A stretch of 64,000 nucleotides of DNA from Antedon mediterranea (GCF_964355755.1 NC_092675.1:3653812-3717811); one strand, 5' to 3'. Shown: positions 1 through 14,923, counted from the first letter of the stretch. Numbers and translations are program-made. The notes: generated by a model from the letters alone, not told the origin.

Positions 1-328
1 GTTTTATAGTAAGACTTTAGCCAGATCCACTTTATAGGTTTTTAGTAGTTTTCACAATGTACATTTCTAATTTCATTTCATCTGAAGTGAAATTATTATG
101 TACTGTAGTTTGTAAATGAATAAATTGAATCAGTCAAGTCTTATTTAATGTTACATGTTTAGTTTGCCCAAAGAGTTAAATGTTATACTTTTAATTCATA
201 ATTTAAAGTGTTATGTCCATTCTGAAAGATGGTAAAAGACTCCTGTCCATTCCGGTGGATGTTAAATGTACCCCTCCTTTAAACAAGCTGCCAATGGACA
301 GGCTTTATTATGTGCCAATATTCCTTAC

Positions 329-3300
329 CTCCATTGCAGGATACTGAACACTCAGACCAGCCTAACTCTTTCCAATAATAGCCTGCTGTGTAGTTATAAT
401 ATACATATTCTAGTTCAGTTGCTGGAGACACAAACATAACCTACGAATGAGTACACAAAGCAAAAGTATTATATTAGAATTTTTTTCAATAAACAAAACA
501 TTCAGGAGGCGGAGTAAAATGAGATTTGTGTTTGAATTTTGTAATTTAAAAAAATCAATGAATGTGAAACAGTATGTAATAATAATAATTGGTTTAAAGA
601 TGTATCGCACCCCAAAACAAATAGAGATCACTACTGTATTTGAATAAGCCATTTTATAGTTGTAATAAAGTTATTAAAATAAAAAGATTGATTTCACTTA
701 CAAAATAAATCTTTTTCTTTAAATTACATGTGGATTTATCCAGTAAATATTTTTTTATATTTATTTTTGGTCATGCTTGAATGTGGTTTAAACTGTATGG
801 ATTTTATTTCTATAAGGTAATATTTAAAATCACTTTTTTATGGTTTATTGATAAAAAGAACATTAATTACGATGAACAAATAAAGTTTAAAATATTGAAT
901 AAGGATGGCTTGCCTCGCTTTTTGGAGTTTTTCTATTATCAGTAGTAATATGAATCTTACTCATACCGTTAACTGCATCGCATTTGGTATAGGTCCTTGA
1001 ATTACAATCCTTTTCTTTCCTCTCCTTTCAGTCATATATCGTACTCTTGTCCCCGAGACCATGTACGTTCCTGCTCGGCTGGCAGGAGGAAATTGGTTCA
1101 GTCCACCGCGTTCTGCACCTAGCATTGTTCCTCTAACTCCTATGTAGTTATTTCCTCGATATCGAATCATTATATTTGTGGCTCCTTGGGGAAACGTATA
1201 TACAACATCCACTCCTGTTTGATTGAAATTACACAAACCAAAAGTAGTAAATTTCGTGCCAGCTTACCTGGATAAACCAACAATAGCCCATGCTCTCCAG
1301 AAGGAGGGCTTAGATACAAAAGTAAAAAGTTCCAGAACACCCCTGTACCATAATGAACTAGTCCAACATACCACCATCATCATTTTCTTTTTTAACATGG
1401 AAGCATTAACACAGTGTTAATTTAAGATAGACAAGTATCATTTTCATTTACCTTGACTTTTACCACTTTTTAATTTGAAAGGTTGACCCTTGATTACTTG
1501 GCAGGTTTGTCCATTGCCGTTACATACTCCACATCGATCTAGTTTTGATATTGAATTCAATTGGCCGTCGCAACCTACAGGCTAAAAAAACAAATCATAA
1601 TAGGCCTACCATAAAGAAATGTATATTTTGCTGGAGTCCAGCTTTAAAAGCTCTTTTTGGAAACGCCTATTCAGGGACACCACTATTAAGAGGTCACTTG
1701 TTAGGTCCTAAAGGTGTCCCCTTAATAGGAGTTTTGTATAGGCAAGATAACATAAAATAGTTGTTTGGTAATAAAGAAGTCATATTAATAAACACACATC
1801 AACATTTGTGTAGTAATGGACAGGCTTTGAAAACTTGTGCCTAATAGTTTCTTTTATTATAGCGCCCTCAATTTTAGAAAACTTTTAAAATGTTACAAAC
1901 TTTATAAAACATGTATACAAATTGTATAGGTAAATAATTTTTTAATGGGTGGAGAAAAAAATAGTCAATTGGAAGACTTTCAAATTATTCATTAAAAAAA
2001 TCACAAGATCAAATAATTTAAAAATTCTATAGACAATAGTTTGGAAATTAAGTTATAAGCATCAACATTCAAATTGAACAAAATAAGTAAAATTATTATG
2101 TCTACCAAATCTAATAGTGACTAATTTTGTTGAACATTTTTTTGTTGGTACTTTTAAGTCATTTGCCCTTTGGAATTGAATTGCACCACTTACATACTGC
2201 TGTGTGGTCACTAATTCACTGTAGAGGCAAGATAAAATATGCTGTTTTGTCACCTGTTTTCCACCTAATGAAACAAATTAACTTCAAAAGTGTTCTATTC
2301 CATATAATGTAAACCTTTGGGTTATTATTTTACAGCCAATTCAACAACGTTGGGTCTAACTAGTCTGAACTACTGTATACTGGCCATTATATGGTAAGGC
2401 TGACATTAAATCCAGTGCAGGGATTTAATTTGATCTCCACATGGCATTCTCACTCCTGAGGATGATCAAAGCATATTGATTGATCTGAACTTTGAGAAAC
2501 TCAATAGTTATTTTCAGACTACACTACATACATGATGTACCGCAAACTTTATATCAAGTTTGCGGTACAAATCAAAATGTTTGATTTCACCAGGAAACCT
2601 TCAAACAACAAAGTTTTAACAAGTTTTTCCAATCAATTGCAACTGAACAGAGTCTGAATCAGTTTCTAGATAAAGTTCTATATTTTAAATTAAAGTTACA
2701 ATTTACATTAATATTTACTTTGATAAAGGAAATCTATCTGTATGAAACTGTAGGGTGCTAAGTGTTTGTCTTTTATAATTTAAAGGTCAAACTAAAAACA
2801 ATTTATATCAATGACCAAAAGTACTTAAAATATGCACCGCCTTAAGTCTCGGTCTAGTAATATGACAACTTTATAAAGTCATTATCCCATAGCCTAAAGG
2901 CAGAAGTGATAGGCAATGAATTAGTCACTGTTGCAACTCATTGGTATAGAACCCAGCAGGTCTATTTGCGCCCTAGCTTTGGGTCATAGAGAGTATTGGA
3001 CAGTGTTTGGACAGCCTACGCCTAAAGATGAATGGAAATTAACATGCTGTGCTTCTTTTGGAAGGGGTGACAGAAAAACATCCTCAGAGAGCAATAGTAT
3101 AATCTTATACAAAATACAATATTTTGTTTATCAACTAAACTTAAAACCTAATTTGAATAGTTGATTTCATTAAAACATGTGGGGGATGAATCTGACCACA
3201 TCTAAATTAAACTATGTGAACATTTGCCAACTTTTCCATTACAATTAGATAGTAATATATTTCATACTATCAAATTTAATAGTGTTATTGACTTTGAGTT

Positions 3301-5381
3301 AGATTCTGCTAACCTAATAAAAAGCAATATTCTCAAAAGAAATTAACTGGTTATTGTAATTAAAGTAGATATTATTTAATAATCTAAAAGAGGAATTAAC
3401 TCTACTAAAAACACTTTTCGTCGCTTGTCTGTCTAAGACATACGTTTTGTTCCAAGAAATTAATAGAAATGGGAACATAATAGCACGGATATAAAGGATT
3501 GATACATTCCTTTAATCAGTACGAGTGAATTTTGATACGTTTTTGGTACAGTACCTTGCTTGGTTCCATATTTACACATTATGGTAGCCAAAAAAAAAAA
3601 CACCTCTGTTAATGCCTATTTATTAGACTAGAAAAAGCCAATTACTGTAACCTGTATCACAAAAAACCTACGGTAGTAAATGATGTATCCTCTGGTGGGG
3701 AGTTTAAGATGAATGATATTTCAAAAATATGCAGCGATAGATTTAAGAGGTGACATGCACACCATTTTATTTTATGTTTTAATCTAAAATGAAACATAAT
3801 TTGTTTTTTTTTAATAAATTGCTAATGATAACCAAAAGCAAAATCCATTCACCAAGATCACACAAGATGCTCTACATACTCAAAATCTTTAACAATTACT
3901 TGGAAATGGAGTTGCTTTTACAAAAATAATCCAGAGATCTTACAATACCGTATTCGAAACCAATAAAATGGGATTGGAGCCTAGCACCTTAACCACCACA
4001 CTACAACCACTTCTATCGGTTCCTTAATTTTTGATTTGCCTCTGAGCTGATCTATGTCATTCTGAACAGCTCAATATCATCAACAAAAAACAACAATATA
4101 ACTAAAATATTTACCTCACATTTCCCATTTATACAAATATCTAACATATCAGGTCCACATAATGTGCCATCTAAAACTTTAGGTCCTTTTTGTTCAATCA
4201 ATCCTGTTATTTGCTCTCGACATGTCAACGAACATCTAGCCATGCTGTCCGCAACAGCAAAAGCTGACCATTTTAAAAAGCCAGCATCAAATGCAGCGCA
4301 TTGCTGGTCTCGGGTTATTTCTTCTTGTTCATTTTCTGTACATGGCTGTAAAGAATTTGAATATCACTTATTATTAATCATAATATATAGGAATTTTTAT
4401 TTCATTTCATTTATTTATTTGACCAATAAACATTAAAATAATACAGAACAGAAACAAAGCACAATGGTCAGGGGCAACTAAAGCAAAAAAATTACTGTCA
4501 GTTGGTATAAACAAAGTCTCTGATGTGGTGATGGTCCAGATATCACTATACTGTAAATGCATCTTCTATTTAGCCGTCTCTTCTCACGACAGGAACAATG
4601 TGAACAAGTACACATTTCTACTGCACACTACCATATTTATTCGAATAAACGCTCCCACATCTCCACCCTTGAATATCACCCCAGGGCCTTTATTTATTTC
4701 ATCGAATAATAATATTTGTAGTAGAATCCATTGATTGACATTATCTACAATTTACCAAGCATTTTGATACAATTTTTACTGTATATTATCACTTGTCGAT
4801 ATTAATTACATTGTATTTTTTCATATCTAGGGATATTTATTTGATTATACATGTTTACCATATTACACCCAAAAAAATAAACGCCTCCCCTAAAAACCCT
4901 CCTGAACAATGCCTCAGGGTGTTTATTAAAATAAATAAGGTCAGTAAATTTGTGTACACTGGTATCGCAGTATAGTTCTTAATATTTCAATAACAGTTGA
5001 GCAGAGCATTGAGCACGGCTGTAACAAAGTGATGACTACTGCGCCTTTATCTTAAAATACAATTAGCACTTATCCACAGGTCTACAATTTTAAAGTAGAG
5101 ACATCTCTTCAATTAAGCAATTAATGCACATGCTTACTCACTTGAAGTGTAAGTAACTACATAAAGGCCACTTATACAAAAATAATGATAATAATCTTAT
5201 TTTAAATATTTATAATTACCTGTAAATTGCAAGTTTTATATGTAATTAGACCAGCTGACGGGCAGGCACCCCGTGCACATCCCCTCGCTCGGAATGATAA
5301 TCCTCGACCACATTTTTTAGAACATGGCACCCAATTTTCCCATTCTGTATAGTTATATGTAGATGGATCTGAACTTGAAAC
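329..5381 (-). CDS. ADAMTS-like / papilin-type secreted ECM protein, coding exons 2-6 (gene continues beyond the left edge)
   Basis: Phase-consistent GT-AG exons. 5381-5220: TSR1, YTEWENWVPCSKKCGRGLSFRARGC...YKTCNLQ. 4345-4115: ADAMTS Cys-rich, RDQQCAAFD...CSLTC...KVLDGTLCGPDMLDICINGKCE. 1581-1452: VGCDGQLNSISKLDRCGVCNGNGQTC. 1214-967: spacer, FPQGATNIMIR...AGTYMVSGTRVRY...IQGPIPNAMQLT. 440-329: YYWKELGWSECSVSCNGG (TSR2 start). Confidence 0.9.
4630..4942. mobile_element. Degraded mariner-like MITE
   Basis: ccatatttattcgaataaacgc ... gtgtttattaaaataaataagg imperfect TIRs. Confidence 0.5.
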
Positions 5382-6010
5382 CTAAAAAAAAATGAGTTGC
5401 TTTAACTTAATACATTTTTCAGTTAAGTTTAAATGTTAACAGAAAAGATTTTAATTTCAAAACTCAATGATAAAAAATAATTTATATTCATTTTTATTTG
5501 TCGAATCAGTATACACAGACATACAATAAGAAAACCTTCAAATGCAAATACAATTCAAAATATACAGAAGAGTATTATATCTTCTGATTTTTTTATTTAT
5601 GAATAACAATTAAGAACAAAAATAATGAGAAAATGTAACTATAGAATTAATAATGAATTAATATATAATGAATTGAAAATGGAATAATCCAAATTAACTG
5701 GTTAATAAATGTATTATTTCCACAACGAGTAAAAGAAAATTTGACCTTCGCTGGTATTCAAGTCAGCATGGGTCTATCCTATCTTAGAGTATCTATATAT
5801 AATATCAGATATACAATATCATATAATGAGGTCAAATCAACATTATAAAACATAGACAGAGGATGTCAGAGTCGTAAAGAAATATTAATCAATCAACAAT
5901 AGAAATATGAATAAAGTTCAATAGAAATGTGAAATAGTTCAATACTTATCAATTTCCAGAAATAACTTCCAATTACGCTAAATTGATATAATAGTGATAG
6001 TTCATTCTAA

Positions 6011-6147
6011 AGCTTGGTTCCCACCAGGGTAACGCAAGGGCGTAACGCAACGTAATGTGATTAGACCAATCACAAGCGATAGATTATTCGCACAATCGCG
6101 TGTGATTGGTCAACTTGCTTATGTTGCATCCTAGTGGGAACCAAGCT
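6011..6147. mobile_element. MITE family B (Harbinger-like)
   Basis: TIRs AGCTTGGTTCCCAC / GTGGGAACCAAGCT with an internal hairpin gaccaatcacaagcga...tcgcgtgtgattggtc. Second copy at 53451-53629. Confidence 0.85.
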
Positions 6148-9100
6148 TTATATAGAGCTAAGCTCCTATCATCTGCCCTAGAATCCACCCCAGGTGAATA
6201 CCTAGCAGTAAGTTTTTTTTGTTATGCTAAAGGGGTCGCATTTTCCTGTCTTCTATAGGTAAAAATATAATACACTATGCTCGAGAGTAAAAATAGGCAT
6301 TTATTTTTATTATGTGACTTACAATCGTCCAATCAAATGACAGGAATCTATTTAGGAGTAGATCATATCATTCTGTATTATAGCTCTTCATATAAAATCA
6401 TTTACGATATCATAATTGCTGAAGCTAGAGGCACACCTTTATCTAAATTAGCAACTGTTGAGAAACTATTTCTACTAGCTGAGTTTCATCGCAACAAAAT
6501 TGTTGAAAAACTGTTGGTTTTATTTTCTTTAATCAGCTGCTCACTTAGGCCCTCGCAGCCAAGAGCGTGAAATATTCGTTTGATAAACAGGTGCACTATT
6601 GAGCATGCTCAGTTTGATACCGTTAAGGTGTAACAAGTCAATTCATCGAGGGAGCGTTATAACAGCTTTGTGAAACAGTTCATGAACTTGGAAAAACATT
6701 CCAGATTAAAATAACTATACATCAAATATGATATCATTATCAGATATACTGTAGTATTAATAAAAGAATCTGAACAAGGCCTTTAGAAACAGTAGCTGGA
6801 TATCCATTAAGATACTAATAAATAAATAAATAAGTAAAAGTATAACAAACTTAATAACAAACGTCCAAACTTCTTGAATAAATCAATCCTTCGTCAGGGC
6901 TATGAGAGTATTATAGAAAAGTTGATATAACATATAGTAATTTGTAAAATGTAAGTTTCCATTCTAATATTTTAGATTAAAATTAAAGCGTTTCTTTTAT
7001 CTTGTTATTGTTACAGTGTTGAGGAGTATTACGTATGATTTAATGGAAACTTGCTAACTAGTAAAAAGTAAAATTTAAATTAATTTCATTCTAAAATTTT
7101 TGTTTACATATTATTGTGATATGTTGATATAAAGTTTGCGTTATACCACGTATATTAGTTCTGAAAAGAACTTGTTGAGGTACTCAACGTTTCGATCAAT
7201 GCTTTGATCGTCCTGAGAAAACTTGATTTCGCCATGCAAACCTTCAAACAATATTATTGTGATAGAACTTTAGGATTCTTAGCCCAGGGTTAACAGGCTA
7301 AGGGGTTAATTTTTACATTGTATACTAGGTAGATAAATGCTTCATTCCAATTTGAACTAGATATACTGTACAGGGGAACACACAAACATAGCCTGCATAA
7401 AATGTTTACATTAAATAAAATAAGATGATGAATGTAGATAGAAGAAACATTACAATTTGCAAATAATATAATATTGAGGCTTACACACACATGGTTTAAA
7501 TATGGGACGAAAAAGTGAGGAGACTTGTTTCCGTACACACAGAAGCAACAAGGGAACGCAGACTAGTCCATAGTTGACACACAGGAAGTGGTTTAAATAC
7601 GCCGTTTTAAAAAACAAATTGATTCACAGCTGATAGGACAACATTTTAGGGAATTTTCATGCTCTTTTCTCAATCCAGATGGTGCTATAACAGTGTGAAT
7701 TAGTCACAGCCATGAAACCAGTAAAACAAAAACTATTTTGAAGCAGATTTGTAAACTATTAGGAAAAAATTAGTTACAACCGGAAAAAGGTCAACAAACT
7801 ACACATTTTATCTAAACTTTTACCTGATTTTAAACAAATTAAAATTAGGAAACCAGATTCATTCTCATCCTGTTTTGTCGGTAATGGTAGACTATGCAAA
7901 ATAAATTGCAACTACTGAGAAAACTATAAAGGGAAACCATTTACAACTAAATAAACAACCTCTTGTATTGATATACCGGTACTTGCCTTTGTAATACTAT
8001 TTTTTAAGCCTTGTCTACACTATCAAACTTTATGTGACCAAAAAATGTGATGTGCCCGACCAACTAACCGTGGTTAAATTAAACAATTCATAGCTCTATG
8101 ATAATCAGCAATTTCATTATATTATAATAATAATATTCTGGATTTATATAGCGCGTTGTGAAACCTTGTGCGCTGTACAAAAACTAATACAAAAAAACCC
8201 AAACAAAGTGTATATATTCCATTTTAGAAATAAACTACTGTGTTTATATCCTAGAGTTACAAAATAGATTTGGTAAAGGTACCATGAAATTGGAATAAGC
8301 TATAGCCTCGTTAAGCATGAACTTGAAATAGCCTTAGGATGGTATTAAACATTGATCTTCGGTGCTCTAGTCCTGTTAATAGGGTTCAGTTATTTTTCAC
8401 CTAATAATCCTTTGAGAGCAACAACCATACCAAGGTATTTCAACTTGGAAAATTTTCAGTTGAACCTCTGAAATAATATGTTATGTTTTGATCTGTATCA
8501 TTCATGGACCCAAGGGGGTTGGGGTTACTTTAAAATAGCCCATTGGGCAAGTGCAGTAGATCTGTATTGGCTGAAATCAACATAAGCATTGTTCAAAAGA
8601 CTGTTGTACTTAATAAAACATGACCAAACGGGCCAGTAACTGAGTAACCTCTACAGGGCAATTATGGATTTTACTCGCCATCGGCCAGTGGACCTATGCT
8701 AAATCAAACATTGTAAGACCCAAATCAAAATAGCCACCCACAGTTATGCATATTTTTATAAAAGTTAAAATGCTCTATAATATATTTAGCGAAAAAAGTT
8801 CTTTTAAGTTAAAATTTCTCTTTTCTTTATTTTAAGTACTTATCTTTATCAATCAAACATTTTTGCAGACAATGAAGAACTAATAGGTTTAATGTGACAA
8901 AAAGTGGAAAAAGAGGTATATACTGTATCAAGAACATGCAAATATACACAATATATATATATATATGAACAATGTCCTTAAATATCTCTTGATAGCCCAT
9001 TCCATGTGCAAATAAGTTTTTAATTTATTTTTAAAACGCCAAAAAGATTTATATCAAAAAAGCATAAATGAGTGATTATTATTTTTTTTTTTACAAAAAC

Positions 9101-9447
9101 ACAGAACAGTAAATCTCATGGTAATTATTTCAAGAAGTTTTTGTCGTCAGCGGGTCTTGCTTTGAAACATTCTCGTTAAATAATGATTAATAACATGTGG
9201 CTGCTTTTGAACTTAGTCACCTTCTAATGCCAAATTCTTTAAAAAATAGGAAGATGAATCAATTATCAATTTAGAAGAGGACACTCAATAAAATGGGTGT
9301 GTAGGCTTGTTGAAATTGAATAAATTATTGCACCACATTGCAGTACATTGATGATATTAAATATAGAGTAGAATATTTAGAGGAGACCCTATTCAGGATA
9401 CCTAGTCCCCATTCAGGGGACACCACTATTCAAGATATACCTTGTTA

Positions 9448-9591
9448 AGCTCTGTCTACACTATCAAACTTTATGCGACAAAAAATGTGATGTGATGAGG
9501 TCATATCACTACCATATTTGGGCATATCAATACCATATTTGGACACATCAAACTTTTTTTGTCAAACTAGTTTGATAGTGTAAACAGAACT
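9448..9591. mobile_element. MITE family A (PIF/Harbinger-like)
   Basis: TIRs AGCTCTGTCTACACTATCAAACT / AGTTTGATAGTGTAAACAGAACT in a TTA/TAA context. Other copies at 24290-24492 and 60236-60393; partial copy at 8007-8057. Confidence 0.85.
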
Positions 9592-12500
9592 TAAGATCCC
9601 TTTTTATGATGTTTAAAAATTAATTTTAGATTTTTATTTATTTTTTATTGTTCTGTTTTGGAAATTGAATAAAATAAAAATACAAATGCATGCCAATGAA
9701 TTAGAAGTATTCAAAATGTGTAAGGGTCGTCACTCTGAATGATGATATAGTACACTGTACAGTTTCCAGAAAAAATTAAATAGATTTTAAAATCCTGGAA
9801 AACAAAGATTAAATCAACACATGAAACTGATTAAAGATACGGTTCACTCAGTGTTAATTTAATATTTGATATAGACAATTCACAGACATTTATCAGCACT
9901 TCAGAAGGACCGTGCTGCAGCCAAAGGCTACAATATTGTAGTCTATCCACTTATTGTCATGCCTAAGGCAAAATTCAGGGTCAAAATATTAATTTTTTTA
10001 TAAATTATCTGCTACATGATAGATTTGTTACACAATGACTTTCATATAAAAAAACAATGTGACACAAATCTTTCATGATCAAACACTAAGAATAGTGACA
10101 ATTTCTGTAATTGAATGACACCTTGATGTTGTGACTTCCTGTGTTACTTCATTTTAAAGCTCTTGCCCTAACATTTTAGTTAAACAAAAACATATTTAAC
10201 TTTCGGAAAGTTCTTTTTTATTTATGTTTCTTTATTTTGTAAATATATTAACTTTTTTGTAAGAACAGTTGAAGATATTCTTTTTATTGGATTGGGAACC
10301 ATAATTCTCTGCCATGTAAACATTTTTAAGTAAAATTTTATACAAACAGGTGAAAGTATCATTTGCAAGATAAGAATTCAACAACGGTATCATGGTGGTA
10401 ACTGTTTTGAAGTTAATGAAACAAATTAGATGCCTAACACGAAAGTAGATTATTCGATACTAGGTTACTTAAACTAAGGAATTCTTACGTACCAAGTGTT
10501 ACTAACGGTATGCTGGTCGACACTAAACTGATGATGTAATATGGGTCAGGAACACGATCAAAACAAAAATTTACCATTTTTAATACACTTCCATATAACC
10601 TTTTACCCTAGCCCAAAAGCTGTACTTTCCTGTTCCCCTTCCTAGGAAAGTGCCATTTTCCCTGAGGAGTTGTGGGATTAGATTCAGAATCAATAGCAAT
10701 TGTTGGATAAGATATTTTTGAAACATAAGGCAAACAACACAGGAAACGTTATTGATGAAAAAAATGTAGTATGAACACCCTATCATTATAGACCATTTGG
10801 GAGTTAATTTTAAATCCATAATGGATAAAACAAAATTAATAAAAAAAATAAAATAAAAAATTTTCAAATAAAACGGCCAACTATCTCCAAATAATTATAT
10901 TACTCTCAATTTTATAATTTTTTTTTTATTTCGAATTTGTTTTTTTGCGATGCAATGTAATTTAAAGTTTAATACAACTTTTGTAGCAAATATTAAAGTG
11001 AGAAAGTTATGACATAGATCTAGTAAAATGCAGAGGAGTCAAGCAGTACACAGTAACATAATACATCATGAAGGTCTGAGCCACACAGGAAATTCAATAA
11101 CTATACAAAAAGCAATTATGTCAACATGCTAACTGTATGGTTAGGTAAACCAAATAGAGTACCGTATGAAGATGGACAAATAAAATATCATTTACAGTAG
11201 TAAGTCTGTGGAAATGCAGAATGACAAGATCTTAAAATATTTTAATACTATTCATTATTATTAAGTATCATCAGCTTATTACATTGTATTAAATATTTAA
11301 AGATATATTTACATTTATTATTAACATACTGTATAATTAGTATAATTATAAAGGATGGGTGGAAGTAGGCAGACACCCATACCTTCAAAGTTTTACACCT
11401 AGAAAGCATTATTGCATTTTACTTCCCACCTAGAAAAAAAAATTCTTACCAAAAAAAACAATGAAAATCCTATAACAATTAATAACTGCACACCATACAG
11501 AAGATCCATATTAAGGCAAGGTTAAAATTATTGTCTCGCACAAAAAAAATAAATGAAAGTAATATTTAGAATTTCTCCTTCATCCTAAAAGAGTTTCTTG
11601 TCTATATCCTTCTCTGTAGCTGACATTCTAAATATAACCTAATAGGTATACATATCAGTTAGTTATTGTTGCTGATAATGCCCATGCAATATCCGATTGC
11701 TGATAGGCTGGTGGTGTTCTGACATTGTTAAGTATTGGCCAATCAGAAAGCCCAACTGAAAATATAATACTTTCCAAACTTTATATATACAATTTTACAT
11801 AAATCTTGACAGTTTTGACCTACTGTATTTTTAAATATTGTTTAAGTAATCTTTTAATTTAAAAATCCCATATTGATAATTATAATATTCTACATTTTAA
11901 GTACCATTTTTTTTAAAATCTTCTCTCCACTTTACTTTAGATATTGACTGAATTTGCTTATATCCCAATGAGATCTGCCACAATTAACATAGCTTAAAAC
12001 AAATGTTTGCTTCTTTAAAAACAAAATGACATTTTTGTGAACATTATTGTTTAATATTTATTAATTGAAAATCAGAAACAGCCCTTTAATGACTGAAACA
12101 TGTTTGTGTAAATTTGACGCCAATATATCCTACATGGTTGGTTTGTATCATATATTAAGATTACGTTTCTAAACCTAATAAAAACAATGAATTACCCCCA
12201 GGAGATGTTTGTAAATCACAGAGTTGGAAGGCATGTAATAAATCTAGATAGATTGAATATCTTTGGCAGTAGAATAGGTATTGTTTCCATTTGAAGACAA
12301 ACAACTTCTGACATTGATTTAATAACAGCTGAAAAACCCTTCCTCTGCTGTGAAAATAATTTAATAAAATTTAATATCATAGTGACCAAATATGGCATAA
12401 TTAGGCTTTTTGGCTTTATTTTGACCAGTTTAACATTATAGTCGAACCTCTATTAAGGGGACACCTCCGTTAATAGAGAATGTCTCGTGATTAAGAGTTG

Positions 12501-12655
12501 GTCATATTGTTAAAACAAATATTGCACCTTGTTTGTTCCACTCAAGGGGTGTCCACCACACATAAGGAAGTCCCAAAGGAGGTTCTACAGATGTTTTTTT
12601 TCAATATAATAGAGCATGATTTTTCAAAAGCATCTATTTCCAACATTCTATTGGT

Positions 12656-12730
12656 ATAAAGGTTTCAAAGTGACAAAGTACTTAACTTGCTATAAAGGTT
12701 TCAAAGTGACAGAGTACTTAACTTGCTATA
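12656..12730. repeat. 36-bp tandem duplication
   Basis: tataaaggtttcaaagtgaca(a/g)agtacttaacttgc x2. Confidence 0.8.
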
Positions 12731-14328
12731 ATTAATTTCAGTATTCTTTTTTACACATTACATCAAACATTCATTCTTCCGTTGCTATGATGTTTCTGAG
12801 CCTGACAGTGTTTTAGTTGCTTGTTGCGTCATGAAAACAAAAGACCAACATGTCATGTTTATACACTTCTTTCGGGAAGACTCCAGAAACAGGCCTTTTC
12901 ATGATGTGGGTTGTTGATTTGTCTATAAATATTTTTTGGTCGGGGATTTCCAATAATTCAATGGCAAATAATAATTTTGTGTAGTTTTTAGCATTTATCA
13001 CCATTTCTGTACGTTTGTAATTGGGCCAAATTTCATTGTAATTATGGACGTTCCATAAGAAGACAAGAGTAAGGATCTCAGTAAAGTTCAACAGGGTGAA
13101 TTTAATTTAGCAGATAAAACATGTTCACTTGGATAATAAATAGGCTTATTAATGAACTATAAAGCATATTAAGTTACTGTATCTAAACTTGGAATGAATT
13201 CATCAAACTTGCATTGTTTTCTTGGTACTTGAACTTTGATCAAGTTGCGCTATATTGTTTTTACGCGTCAACAAACTTGGAATGACCGCAACGCTTATGC
13301 TCTACTTACAAGCAATGGCTTTGGGGAATCAGCAAAAAAAGGATCAGGTATACAATGAAGAAAAAATGCCAACAAATTGCTAACGTTAAACATTAACAAT
13401 CAAATATGATAATATAACCTGTTATACCATCACAAACAAATTCAACTTTTATACAGAGTGTACTCAAAAAGTTCATTTCAGGTATAGATGTGGTACTGTA
13501 CTGTGTGTAAAAGGTAACAAAAAATACTGTAAGATTCATGTTACTAGCTTTATTAACATCAATTAACAACAGCACATTGTTTGTATTTTGAATGGTTTAA
13601 TTGGTTTGAATTTGTCATTATTATTTTAATTAATTTTAAGATATTTTTTTTTTACGCAGACTCCACCTTGTATAGTATGTCACATTGTAGTATCCAAATA
13701 AAACGTTTATATATAACATACAGGTATAATATTGCATAGTCATCATTTCTTTCCTTTTTTTTTTCTTTGAAAACATAGTTCTTTTAACTTTGCACGATTC
13801 TTTGAAAATGCTATTTACTTAATACATATCTTGCTCTGTGAGTGCATTTAATAAAACGCAGATGCACAATTGGTAACAGATAGGATATTGCCTCAAGGTA
13901 GCACCCCGACACAACTAAACAAGCCGGCCAAACTTGGCATAACACATAACAGTTAATAACAGTATCATATCTATTGATTCTCTAAAAATGCACCTTGGTG
14001 CTAAACACAACAACTGCTGATCTCCTCTTGTTGCTGTGTTATTGTTTAATTATGAAATTCCTGTGTTAAACACCGCGGCTGTCAGATGCGAATCTGTAAC
14101 ATGGGTAATAACGGAATGTACTCGTAAACTTTGGGGGTCTAGACAAATCGTGATACTAAAGATCAAAGGAAATGTTCAAAACCAAATATTACCAATCAAA
14201 CCACAATACAATAGTTGATCTTGAATTTTCCTGAAGGCAATGTATTGCATTACTTAGGTATTTTATTAGCATTTTTTTTAAACAAAACCATAAAATGGAT
14301 ACAATTTCCGTTTTTGATCAAACTTTAA

Positions 14329-14923
14329 AGCTCAGGTACAGGCATGAATTTTAAATATAATATCTGGTTAATTGTACATAAATCAAATATTTGTAACAAA
14401 AATCAAGACGAAAAAACATGAATTTCCCTTAATATGGTCAAATACAAAATTTAGCAATATTCTGCCATAAAAACCAGGAAGAATTTTGTTCAGTAGTTAG
14501 GTAGTTAACCTAATGTAATAACATGTCTGGTGACTCCCTAGAAGGTGAAAAAAGATGGTGGATATACGGTGGATAATTTTTGCTATAGCATGAAAACAAA
14601 AATCGGAAGTTGAATAAAAATACCAGAAATGTAAAATTCAAGTTATATTACCTATATTTAGTCATCCGATAACATTTTTTACCACACCGTTTAGTTTTCA
14701 TAGCTTTTTAAAATGCTTCTCTATTTACAAAATTTGTGTACAAAAGAATAGAGATTTTACTGTGTAATTTGAACTATCCCCCACTGATAAGAAAGTGCTT
14801 ATTTTCAACAAGCTGTGTAACACAAATAAAATCCCAAAAATGATGAAACATAGAGGAAACTATTATAGATCGAGGATTATTGGAATGTATGATCAATAGA
14901 AATTTTGTGCTCGCACCTGGCCT
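14329..14923. mobile_element. Non-autonomous DNA transposon with TTAA flanks (Kolobok-like)
   Basis: TTAA-agctcaggtacaggcatgaatttt ... aaattttgtgctcgcacctggcct-TTAA (imperfect TIRs). Confidence 0.6.

Noticed and set aside
10488-10576. Short ATG-initiated frame ending at a GTAAG donor (possible alternative first exon of ADAMTSL)
   Set aside because: The available donors are phase 1 or 2, incompatible with the phase-0 TSR1 exon, and there is no clear signal peptide.
12813-13091. 92-aa minus-strand ORF as a possible extra ADAMTS exon
   Set aside because: Non-ATG start, no recognisable domain and no convincing phase-0 splice pair.
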